Made by a program: the position numbers and the translations under genes. Positions 45,087-53,499 of a stretch of DNA of 64,000 nucleotides are shown one piece after another (position 1 is the stretch's first letter; each line of letters begins with the position of its first letter). The notes beneath the pieces are model-generated. The model did not search any database and was not told the origin of the DNA. It worked only from the letters and a program-made list of their open reading frames with translations. The DNA is from Diplonema japonicum (lineage: Eukaryota > Protista > Euglenozoa: Diplonemea), in NCBI GenBank assembly GCA_964019335.1, contig OZ025651.1, positions 248,001 to 312,000 of the forward strand. The letters run 5' to 3'.

Positions 45087-46283
45087 TTACGTGTTAGAAT
45101 AAACCTTAGTGCCTGGCTGCACTCTGTCGTGCGAATCTGTGGTCCACGCCAGTTTAGAGGGACCGGTTGCTGATGTGCAAGGCCAGAGATCGTCGTTAGG
45201 GCAATCAACAGGGCTCCAGGCCTCTACTGGGAAGACCTGTGGCGCAATGAGCTCGGCAAAGCAACCTGGGAAGGACCAGTGCTTGGTCTCGCGGATGCTG
45301 GAGTGTTCTCCGATGTGGTGGGCAATATTGTGGCGGAACGCCATGACACGCCTGTCGCCGAAGTACTCTTTTGATTCTTCAATCTCCCCGGCGTACCACT
45401 CCACCACAAGGTGGTCAGGTGGGCGGCGTGCGTAGTGTTTCTTGAGGTACCTTGCAAACTGCTCTACGTCGTTGTACTCACCTTTGTTGTGGAGCATGAT
45501 GCCGGCCAAGCCGAACGAGCATCGTATTCCAGCCCACCCTTCCTGGTACCTGTTAGCCTTCTCGATCATATATTGTATAGCCATCAGCCCGTTTTCACAT
45601 AGATGGAAATCGTCCTCATACAGCATGGTGTACTGGGAGCGTCCTGAAACGTGTTCAAGTAGCCTGGCAACATCGAGGGTCTGACGTCTCACGCGCTTGG
45701 TGGGCCGCTCTTGGCGTCGCATTGGCTTCACTTGCGGAACGGGGTCGTCGGGGTTGTCCTCGTACTTCTCGGGCGAGTCCAAGAAGACTACCCACCGAGC
45801 CTTTCGGTACTTATCTTTGAGGCTTGTGAACTCATCGTGTTCACCCTTCTTCATGTTCATTACATAAGTGACGAGGTTCCCTTCCCACGTGCCAGTAACT
45901 TGTTTTTCAATAGATTTCAAGGTGTCACGCAGGTATTTGCTCCCTTGCCTTGGAACCGTTGGTATTGCGATGCTCAAGTACGGCAGTGTCTCCTTCTTCT
46001 CTCCGTTTTCTTCATAGTTTTCTTGTTCATCTTCGGCCATCTGCGTCATTTTCTTCACTTCTTTTTTGCATTCCTTCAGCTTCTTCTTCATCTCCTTCGT
46101 CTCCTTTTGACACTCTGCCTCTATCGCGTCTAGTTCGGATAGCAACTCTCGCTCCTTGCTTGAGCTGCCTTTCTGGCGTGCCGCCTCACCCCTGCTGAAA
46201 CCCCGTGTGATGAGCACTGCTGTACAGAAGGACACCATGGCCACCACACACAGGTTGGGCATAGACGCGCCACGTCTTGACAT
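45087..46283 (-). CDS. Glycosyltransferase family 54 (MGAT4-like GlcNAc transferase), type II membrane
   Basis: N-terminal TM + coiled stem; LSIAIPTVPR, YLRDTLKS, YTMLYEDD, HHIGEHSS motifs typical of GT54. Confidence 0.85.
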   Translation of the reverse strand: MSRRGASMPNLCVVAMVSFCTAVLITRGFSRGEAARQKGSSSKERELLSELDAIEAECQKETKEMKKKLKECKKEVKKMTQMAEDEQENYEENGEKKETLPYLSIAIPTVPRQGSKYLRDTLKSIEKQVTGTWEGNLVTYVMNMKKGEHDEFTSLKDKYRKARWVVFLDSPEKYEDNPDDPVPQVKPMRRQERPTKRVRRQTLDVARLLEHVSGRSQYTMLYEDDFHLCENGLMAIQYMIEKANRYQEGWAGIRCSFGLAGIMLHNKGEYNDVEQFARYLKKHYARRPPDHLVVEWYAGEIEESKEYFGDRRVMAFRHNIAHHIGEHSSIRETKHWSFPGCFAELIAPQVFPVEAWSPVDCPNDDLWPCTSATGPSKLAWTTDSHDRVQPGTKVYSNT

Positions 46284-46408
46284 CCTACCTTTATGATAAG
46301 TTGTGGAGGGAGCCCTAGGCAAAAGGCTTAGAACACTGTACTGTCACAGCTGTTGATGAACCTTCCCTTTTTCCCCCCCCTATTCTCTTTTTTTCTTTTT
46401 TTTCTGCT

Positions 46409-47705
46409 TTAACAGAAGGGCCTCAATGCCCGCTTCCAGCCTCTTGAATAGGCCTTTGTCCACATGTGGTAGGTGCGTCTCGCAGCAAAACCCAACTTGG
46501 AGCGTGACACCATGGAGATGTCGTCAAGAGAGGCGATTGAGTTCATCTCGTCGACAACCTCTGCGCGGCGCGATTCAAGGAAGTCACCGATGTCAACAGT
46601 GCCGTTGGTTGCAAGGTGCTCTGCAAGGTAGAAGCAGTCCTTGAAGTCAATAGCGTCGCTGACGTCGATGGGCTGTGTTGCGAGTGTTGTGTGGCTTATG
46701 TAATCATACCTGACAGCTGCTGCCGTGAGCGGCGGGCCCCGCCCTGATGATCCGCCCGCCCTCCTCCAGCCAGTCGTCGTGACAGTACGTTGGTGTCGTG
46801 AAGTTCACACGTTTGTATTCCTTCCTCACGGCGTCCTGCAAAGCGGGAAGGATGCCTTGCGTCCACAAGTTGTGTGTGATGGGGTCTGCACTGTCCCAGT
46901 AACTCTTCACCATCGAGTAGTGTGAGGCGGGTGTGTTGCACATCTCGACAGCCGCCCTTCGTGTCATGGTCATGCATACAGACAGCTCCGTGGCTGACAC
47001 AGGACGAACGAATACTCGTCTGCCCTGCCTGTGGACAATTTCCGCCAGCTCATCTTGACTCAGCTCCCAGGACTCCTGCGGAATAGGGATCGTCCAATCG
47101 AAGTAAAAGGGTGCCGCGGACTCTGCTCTGTTGTACACTTTTTTGATTTCTTCCCGCTTCTTCTGCGCCAACTCGTGCTCTGTGTTGATAAGGGGCACGG
47201 CGTCCATATCCCTCGACACGTTGATGATAGCTTTGTAGGCTTCTGTCTTGCCGTTGCTGAACCTCACTATCACTCCGCCTTGGGTTTGAGACACAGCGAC
47301 GATCTCGGTGTCATGCATTTTTACAGGGTTTTCGTGCTCCAAGAGACGGCCGGGTTTTTCACACTCCCGCAGCAGCAACCTTTCGATTACCTGCCGTTGG
47401 CAGCAGAAGAACGTCCCGCTGTCATCGCCACGCAGCCCGTCAAGGTTGAGGTTCATAAGGATGTTGGAAGCGTTGTCGTAGGAGTAGTAAGAGGTCACCA
47501 TGTTGCCAGGGGGACGTGCCCCTGCAAGGCCCAGATCCTCTGTGAGATAGTTCGTAATGGTGGGTGTCAGCATGATAGACCCGTTGTCGACCGCCTGTAC
47601 TGCGGGCTTCCTGTGCTGCAGATGCGCATTGAGCCCCGCACCCCGAAGGCACACCGCCATGAGCGGCGCCACAATACTCTCACCAACAACCAGATACGGC
47701 TTCAT
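46409..47705 (-). CDS. Degenerate FAD-dependent monooxygenase-like protein; 2 exons (intron 46673-46709)
   Basis: N-terminal YLVVGESIVAPLMAVCLRGAG (Rossmann-like); splicing a 37-nt GTATGA...CACAG intron gives RAGPAAHGSSCQ|PIDVSDAIDFKDCFYLAEHL, echoing the GDAAH...P...D...LA fingerprint; ends ...KRALRPFC* at 46409. Confidence 0.72.
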
Positions 47706-47850
47706 ATTGATCACCCTTAAGAATCCTAGTAGCTGTCTATTGCGGGGTGAGAATCGCAAGAAAAAAAAAGACATTTTCACATTTGAAATGATGAAACTTA
47801 ATGCCCACCTGCTTCGTCAGGGTGGCAGCATTCTTACAAAGGCTTCCTGC

Positions 47851-48065
47851 TTAGCAGTACTTCCTCCACCCAAGCATCTCAGCGTTTTCGCGGAAGGACT
47901 GACGGTCGATGTTAAGACCGTACTTCCTGATCAAGGCGTGGCGGGAGCCGGAGATACGGCAACTGTGTTACAATGGTGTGTGGGTATATTTCATATCAAC
48001 ATGACATACCGGCGACCGCCCTGCTCGGTCTTGGGGTGGGAGTTCCAGACGTCACGGTGACCCAT
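47851..48065 (-). CDS. RPS29: 40S ribosomal protein S29 (uS14), copy 1; intron 47963-48009 (47 nt)
   Basis: Spliced 55 aa [55 protein letters not shown]; MGH..W.SHP and [12 protein letters not shown] hallmarks. Confidence 0.95.
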
Positions 48066-48168
48066 TTTTCTTCGTTTAGTTAATTAACTGGGTGCGGGGG
48101 GGTTTTAATAAATTTCAAAGCAAACGAAGAGAAAAATATGAAATCATAAGCAAATGATCATTTCCTGC

Positions 48169-48368
48169 TTAGCAGTACTTCCTCCACCCAAGCATCTCAG
48201 CGTTTTCGCGGAAGGACTGACGGTCGATGTTAAGACCGTACTTCCTGATCAAGGCGTGGCGGGAGCCGGAGATACGGCAGCTGTGTCGATGGTGTTGCTG
48301 AATGCTACATACCGGCGACCGCCCTGCTCGGTCTTGGGGTGGGAGTTCCAGACGTCACGGTGACCCAT
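48169..48368 (-). CDS. RPS29: 40S ribosomal protein S29 (uS14), copy 2; intron 48281-48312 (32 nt)
   Basis: Same protein; exons 56+112 nt; different intron sequence. Confidence 0.95.
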
Positions 48369-48481
48369 TTTGACTTATGTGATACAAAAAACTGAAAGAC
48401 GGTTAAACATTCTTATAAGGGGGTGAAATATAAATTGGGCACTCAACGCGCACAAGGGCCTAGGTCATTCTAGCTGTCACT

Positions 48482-48697
48482 CTAGCAGTACTTCCTCCAC
48501 CCAAGCATCTCAGCGTTTTCGCGGAAGGACTGACGGTCGATGTTAAGACCGTACTTCCTGATCAAGGCGTGGCGGGAGCCGGAGATACGGCAACTGTGTT
48601 ACAATGGTGTGTGGGTATATTTCAATATCAACATGACATACCGGCGACCGCCCTGCTCGGTCTTGGGGTGGGAGTTCCAGACGTCACGGTGACCCAT
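48482..48697 (-). CDS. RPS29: 40S ribosomal protein S29 (uS14), copy 3; intron 48594-48641 (48 nt)
   Basis: Same protein; TAG stop; intron nearly identical to that of copy 1. Confidence 0.95.
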
Positions 48698-48817
48698 TTT
48701 GACTTAATAAACGAAGTTTGTCTTGTGCTGTGTGAAGGTGCGGGGAGGTGTAAAAAAAAGTAATTGAAATATGTTTAAAAAAAGGACCCCGAGAAAGAAA
48801 GAAAAAGAGAGAAAAAT

Positions 48818-48923
48818 ACTAGTATTGGCGCTTCATTTGTCTTGTGCGGAATTTTGCCAACTAAAATAGCTCATTACGCCGCCGCCAACTAGTTTCTTTT
48901 TAGTCTCGACAATAAAAATTGTT
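48818..48923. repeat. Dispersed ~106-bp inverted-repeat element, copy A
   Basis: actagtattggcgcttcatttgt...aaaatagctcattacgc...cgccaactagt...ttagtctcgacaataa; homologous to 62883-62989. Confidence 0.85.
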
Positions 48924-49132
48924 AAAACAAAAACAAAAACAAGGAAATAAAAACGTTATAAAAGTTACGAGACAGCATATTGATTCTTCCGAAGCAAACC
49001 AAAACAAAAAGCCAAGAAAAAAAAGAAAAAAAAAAAACATCCTATAAACCTCCTTGCTGTCTATTATGCGTTCTCTTTACTTTTAAATATGAAGCGATAG
49101 ATGAGATACATGAAGCAAGGAGCAACAACGAG

Positions 49133-51280
49133 TCAGAGCTCGGAGTGAAGGGGCTGCGAGGGTGTGTAGGTAGCTGGTACACCGGTATTGCCGCTGTCAT
49201 CTGTTGCACGAACGGCGACATAGGAAGAGAGAGGGGATGGATGTGTCCAAGTGACGTGGTGCGCCCCTAGAGGGGAGAGCACTGGATGCCATCTCTTCCC
49301 GTCAAAGGAGATCTCAACACCAGCAACGACACCATGCTGCTTATCTGCAACGGGGTCTGTGCAGGACCCAACCACCTCGTACGCTTCCCCTGCGCCTTCC
49401 ACAGCTGTGATGGTGCAGGTAGGGGGGGTCGTGTCTGGAACCTCGTCTGGGTTAATTGTAATGTGCGACTCAGGTGTGGTTGGCAGCACGGACATGTCTT
49501 TGAACAAGTTTACAGTCGCCTGCTGGATAGCAGGTTCAGGTGCTAGCTGATCAACACCAATCCTCGTATTGTACTCATTCGTGATCTGGTTGGGCATCCC
49601 CGACGGGCTGTCATGCATCTCGTCCAGCCCCCACATCCACTGCACTGTACCTGCACCGAACACCAACGCACCAGACTCTGTTTTGTACATCACTAAGTGA
49701 TGTGTTGCGGTGCCCGAGTCGTACGCAGCGCCAGCATCGAACACCATCTGCACATTGTCGACAGTCGTCTCCGACATGCGGATCAGGCCTTTCGGACGGA
49801 ACCCATTGTCCATGTCTTCATCCCATTCATGGCCCAGAAGTCCCTTCATCATTACTGCTTTCTCCCATGGTTTCAGCCGGGCCACGTCTGTGTACCTCCA
49901 AAAGCGGAGCTTGCTGTAGATGCTGGGTACTTCGAGTGCATCGTAGCGCCATGCGTTGGCCGTGTAGATGGTACCTGTCAAGGCATTTTCAGGAGAGAAG
50001 TTGGGGTTTGAAGGGTTAGCGTCCCTCCATGTCCCTGTCCACTCGTCGGAGGGGTCCAGCTTCGAGCTTGCTTGCGTGTCTTTGTAAACCACCATAGTCC
50101 TGTGGGGGTTCCCTTCTGCGTCGGGTTCCCACCTTATCCTCCAGTACAATTCGTTGCCGGAGAAGAACGCAAGGTGCGTGCCTGCATCTCTCGCGTCCTC
50201 GACGTGCTTCCGCTGCCTCCCTGCCCAGTACTCGTCGTGCCCAACGGATAGGAAAATCTTGAAGTTCTTCAGCTCCTCACCTCTCACATCGGTGTCCACG
50301 CCGCTCCAGTAGCTCACGTCGTACCCGTACCTTTCCAGCCACCTGATCATCGGGTACTCACAACCCCATAGCATGTTCACAGAACGCGTGTCGCGTGTAA
50401 GCATGGGAACGTTGTACGACCGCTTATAAGATCTACGCCCGTTCCATTCTTTCGGAAGAGAGAAGTTGTGGTGGGGAAGGGGGTAACCGCCATACGTGTT
50501 GGGCACACCATATGTGTTGTACGCATGCCATGTAGTGTCCGAGGTTTGGAAGAGGATGTCGGTCGGGGTGCTGCTTCTGACTACAAAGTAGACGTGCGAA
50601 GCATGCGGGTTGTGCAGGGCGTTGCGGAGGAGGGCCTGCTTGGACTTGGCACGTCGTTGGGCTCCAAACGATTGTTCCAGCTCAGGGCAGTCGTACGAAT
50701 CACCGCAAGGCGGCGGTTTGCTGTAGTCCCAGGCAGGGTTTGAGAATTTGGGATTTGCCAAAATCCTGGAGTTGTCGGACCGCCAACCTTCTTTGGCATC
50801 GAGCCGCGTCAGCCGTGCAAAGTACACACCAGAGAGCACGTCCGACGGGATATGCCAATGTGCACTGGGCAGCCAGTTCCCACAGTCCATTAACAGTGTC
50901 TTGTCCTCGACGTTGCATGGAGGTTGCCTCTGCGGAAGCTTCACGTGTTGTATGTTTCCACCCACCTTTCGTGCTCCCTTCCCCTTGTAGTACCCCACCC
51001 TGTATATGTCTATCGTGTACTCCTCAGAGTCTGTTTTAATCTTGAACAGCACCTTGTCGCCAGGTGCATAAGACTGCTGGGTCGCGTATCCTTGTATCTC
51101 CGGGTCGCCGCCTGCATTGATGTCCCACTCCTCTGCGTCGTTTCCTTCTTTGCAGTTCTCCGACACCACTGAATTCGCAGGGGCAGCGCAGTTTATTTGC
51201 TCCGGTTTTCTGTGCTCGGAAACAATTTTGATACCACCCGCCAGGCCTGCTGCCGCCAGTACGGCTATCAGCCTTGTCAT
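49133..51280 (-). CDS. Secreted N,N-dimethylformamidase large-subunit-like protein, bacterial type
   Basis: Signal peptide; IQGYAT..SYAPGD, TTWHAYN, EYPMIRWLERYGYDVSY, FLSVGHDEYW, LAFFSGNELYWRIRWE, LVFGAGTVQW; Ig-like tail VAGVEISFDGKRWHP...ATDDSGN. Confidence 0.85.
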   Translation of the reverse strand: MTRLIAVLAAAGLAGGIKIVSEHRKPEQINCAAPANSVVSENCKEGNDAEEWDINAGGDPEIQGYATQQSYAPGDKVLFKIKTDSEEYTIDIYRVGYYKGKGARKVGGNIQHVKLPQRQPPCNVEDKTLLMDCGNWLPSAHWHIPSDVLSGVYFARLTRLDAKEGWRSDNSRILANPKFSNPAWDYSKPPPCGDSYDCPELEQSFGAQRRAKSKQALLRNALHNPHASHVYFVVRSSTPTDILFQTSDTTWHAYNTYGVPNTYGGYPLPHHNFSLPKEWNGRRSYKRSYNVPMLTRDTRSVNMLWGCEYPMIRWLERYGYDVSYWSGVDTDVRGEELKNFKIFLSVGHDEYWAGRQRKHVEDARDAGTHLAFFSGNELYWRIRWEPDAEGNPHRTMVVYKDTQASSKLDPSDEWTGTWRDANPSNPNFSPENALTGTIYTANAWRYDALEVPSIYSKLRFWRYTDVARLKPWEKAVMMKGLLGHEWDEDMDNGFRPKGLIRMSETTVDNVQMVFDAGAAYDSGTATHHLVMYKTESGALVFGAGTVQWMWGLDEMHDSPSGMPNQITNEYNTRIGVDQLAPEPAIQQATVNLFKDMSVLPTTPESHITINPDEVPDTTPPTCTITAVEGAGEAYEVVGSCTDPVADKQHGVVAGVEISFDGKRWHPVLSPLGAHHVTWTHPSPLSSYVAVRATDDSGNTGVPATYTPSQPLHSEL

Positions 51281-51447
51281 TTCTTTTTTTTAAAACCCCT
51301 TTTCTTGTGACGGTTTTCTTTATAGATGCTCACGAGAAGAAATTAGTTTTTTTTTTTTTGATTCTTATTCTAAAGTTAAGGGTCGGGACAAAAAAAAAGA
51401 GAGAGAGAAAAAAGGGGGGAACTTAAAAGGGTAAGGAGAGACAACTA

Positions 51448-51795
51448 AGGCTCGCGTTTTCGAGCTCACCAGCTTGTCCTGCTGCGGCCTCAGCTCGTCC
51501 TGTCCCCTTTCTGGGGGGACTCGCGGGTCGTGTTTTGTTCCCACGTTGGCATCAGGGCGAGGTTGCGCATTGTTTGTTATGCAAAGATGGCACGTGCTTC
51601 AGCTGTCCCATCAGAACCCTCCGAGCCTTCCAGAGCCAGCCTCAACGGTGGGTTTGCACCTGCCAGATCGGCTGCTCCGACACGACTCCCAGTAGGTATT
51701 TCAGCACTATGTGGCCTCCTCCTGTATGTTTGCCAAGCCCTGCGGTATGTGCAGCCTGGTAGCAATCGGCAGCAGGTTTGGTTCGCTCGCACTGC
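51448..51795. ncRNA. Candidate structured non-coding RNA (~340 nt), unassigned
   Basis: GC-rich island between A/T tracts with no convincing ORF; nested long-range helices (see findings). Confidence 0.4.
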
Positions 51796-51998
51796 CAGAC
51801 AAAAAGGAACGAATTGGGCTTTTTTAAAAATGCCCCCCGATGATTCAAAAATAACAAATTAAACTTCTCACCCCCCCCCCCCCCCCCCCTCCTCTCTCCC
51901 CATTTTTCTTTATGTGAAATAAAACTTCTTTTCTTAAAGGATTTTATCTGTGTATTGGCCCAACACCCCCCCATCCCCATTTCTCTTTTTTTTTTAAT

Positions 51999-53057
51999 TC
52001 AAACTTCGGCGAGTTTTCTATCCCTTGGCATGAGCTCGTTCATGCAGAAGATCCTTCCAGCAGGCGGGGTAGGGCACTCGTGGTCGGAGGCTTTCGGAGG
52101 TTGCTTGGAGTAAAGCACAACACTGGCTGCCGCGAGTGAAGTGGCGAGCGCTGTCTTGAAACCCAGACCGACACCGAAGAGGAAGAACGCGAAGAACGTG
52201 TCCACAAAGATCTCCATGGCAGAGGCTATGGTCTTCTTCACGCTGTCCAGGTGCTTAATAAATATAGACGTGACGATCCCGATGGAGGAAAGGATCAGGA
52301 TGATGGGAACCGTGAAGATGACAATGCTCCCGCTGAAGAGGCTTTCGAAGCTCGAGAGGCTCGGAGAGCCCCCCTTGTACAGGGGGAACAGAACAAAGAC
52401 CCATAACACGTTCACGATGAAACTGTGAATGTACATAAAAATATTCTGGAGGTTCACGCCAGCTGTTCCTTTCTCCTTCAGAAGGTACTCATTAACCACA
52501 GACGAGAACACCCCGCATGATATCTGCATTGCAATCAACAGAGTTGAGTACACCGAAAGGCTCATCCCGTCCTTCGGCAGTTCTTCCGATGAGGCACCGC
52601 TTTTCTGTATCATGCAAGCTGCAGTTAACATTGCAATGGCAGACCACTGGTACCAGTTCAAACCCTTTCCTACAGTGAAACACCAAAACACACCTGTCGC
52701 CGGGAGCCGCATTTGCATCAGCACCACATATGTCACAGGGTCGATCACATGTAGAATCAAAAATGTCAGATTGTCATAAACCACGTACGATGCTGCCGGT
52801 AGGAAGTACTTCAAGAACAACACCTTTTCGCTCTTCGCCTGTTCCACGAGTTCCTTGAAGCTCCCGTCGCTGCGCAGGTACATCCCGACCGCCATCGCAA
52901 GCTTCACCAAGCACACCACAATGAGCAAGGCTGTCTGGTCATAGCTAATATGGTTCCTCTGCGACCCATATACGGTCAACCGCAGCGTGCTCCACAACGC
53001 CATATACAGCACGAAGATGCCTTTCTTCACCGGAGTATCCAGCCCAAGAAGCGCCAT
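51999..53057 (-). CDS. Nucleotide-sugar transporter (SLC35A, CMP-sialic acid/UDP-galactose family)
   Basis: About 10 TM; PAASYVVYDNL, DPVTYVVLMQMR, SVVNEYLLK, QNIFMY, KHLDSVKK. Confidence 0.9.
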   Translation of the reverse strand: MALLGLDTPVKKGIFVLYMALWSTLRLTVYGSQRNHISYDQTALLIVVCLVKLAMAVGMYLRSDGSFKELVEQAKSEKVLFLKYFLPAASYVVYDNLTFLILHVIDPVTYVVLMQMRLPATGVFWCFTVGKGLNWYQWSAIAMLTAACMIQKSGASSEELPKDGMSLSVYSTLLIAMQISCGVFSSVVNEYLLKEKGTAGVNLQNIFMYIHSFIVNVLWVFVLFPLYKGGSPSLSSFESLFSGSIVIFTVPIILILSSIGIVTSIFIKHLDSVKKTIASAMEIFVDTFFAFFLFGVGLGFKTALATSLAAASVVLYSKQPPKASDHECPTPPAGRIFCMNELMPRDRKLAEV

Positions 53058-53418
53058 TTTCCCCTAGTCTACCAACCTTTTTTTTTTAAATATTGTCGTT
53101 AGGGGCTGAAGAAATATATTGTGAAAAAAATAAAAAAAACTCAAAGTACAGGACAAGCCCCCCGCTAGAGGGCCGCCCCCAAAAAAAAGAAGAAGAATAA
53201 AAGAAGAATAGGAAAGAAACATGGCGTTCACACACTTGTTTGTGAGGCAGGGAGGGGGTTTGTGCATCACTTACTCTATTGTGTACTGTTCTCCGGTTAC
53301 ATGTTTTTTCCCCCCCTCCCTCTTCTTTTTTTCTTATCATTAGTTATCAGACAGAAAAAAAAGGGGGGGGTTGTTTAGAGATCGGCGAATCGTAGTATTG
53401 CGTTTCGACTCTTTTCTT

Positions 53419-53467
53419 TCACTTGAATGCGCTCGCGTTGATGCTGAGACGGCTTGGTCGGTGCTGT

Positions 53468-53499
<32 letters not shown>

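Noticed and set aside
47557-48763. Three similar + strand ORFs ([14 protein letters not shown]...)
   Set aside because: Antisense of the three RPS29 genes.
48818-48893. Repeated element as SECIS, C/D snoRNA or spliced-leader RNA
   Set aside because: Helix II does not pair, box C/D are non-canonical, there is no spliced-leader exon/GT donor, and no upstream UGA-containing gene.
51640-51715. TPP or cobalamin riboswitch-like fragments (GCTGAAATACC, GATCTGG, GGTGCAAACCC) and RNase P/MRP/SRP-like snippets
   Set aside because: Required partner motifs are missing (CCAGCG/GGGAA, bulged-U P4, CR-V, GNRA-capped helix 8).
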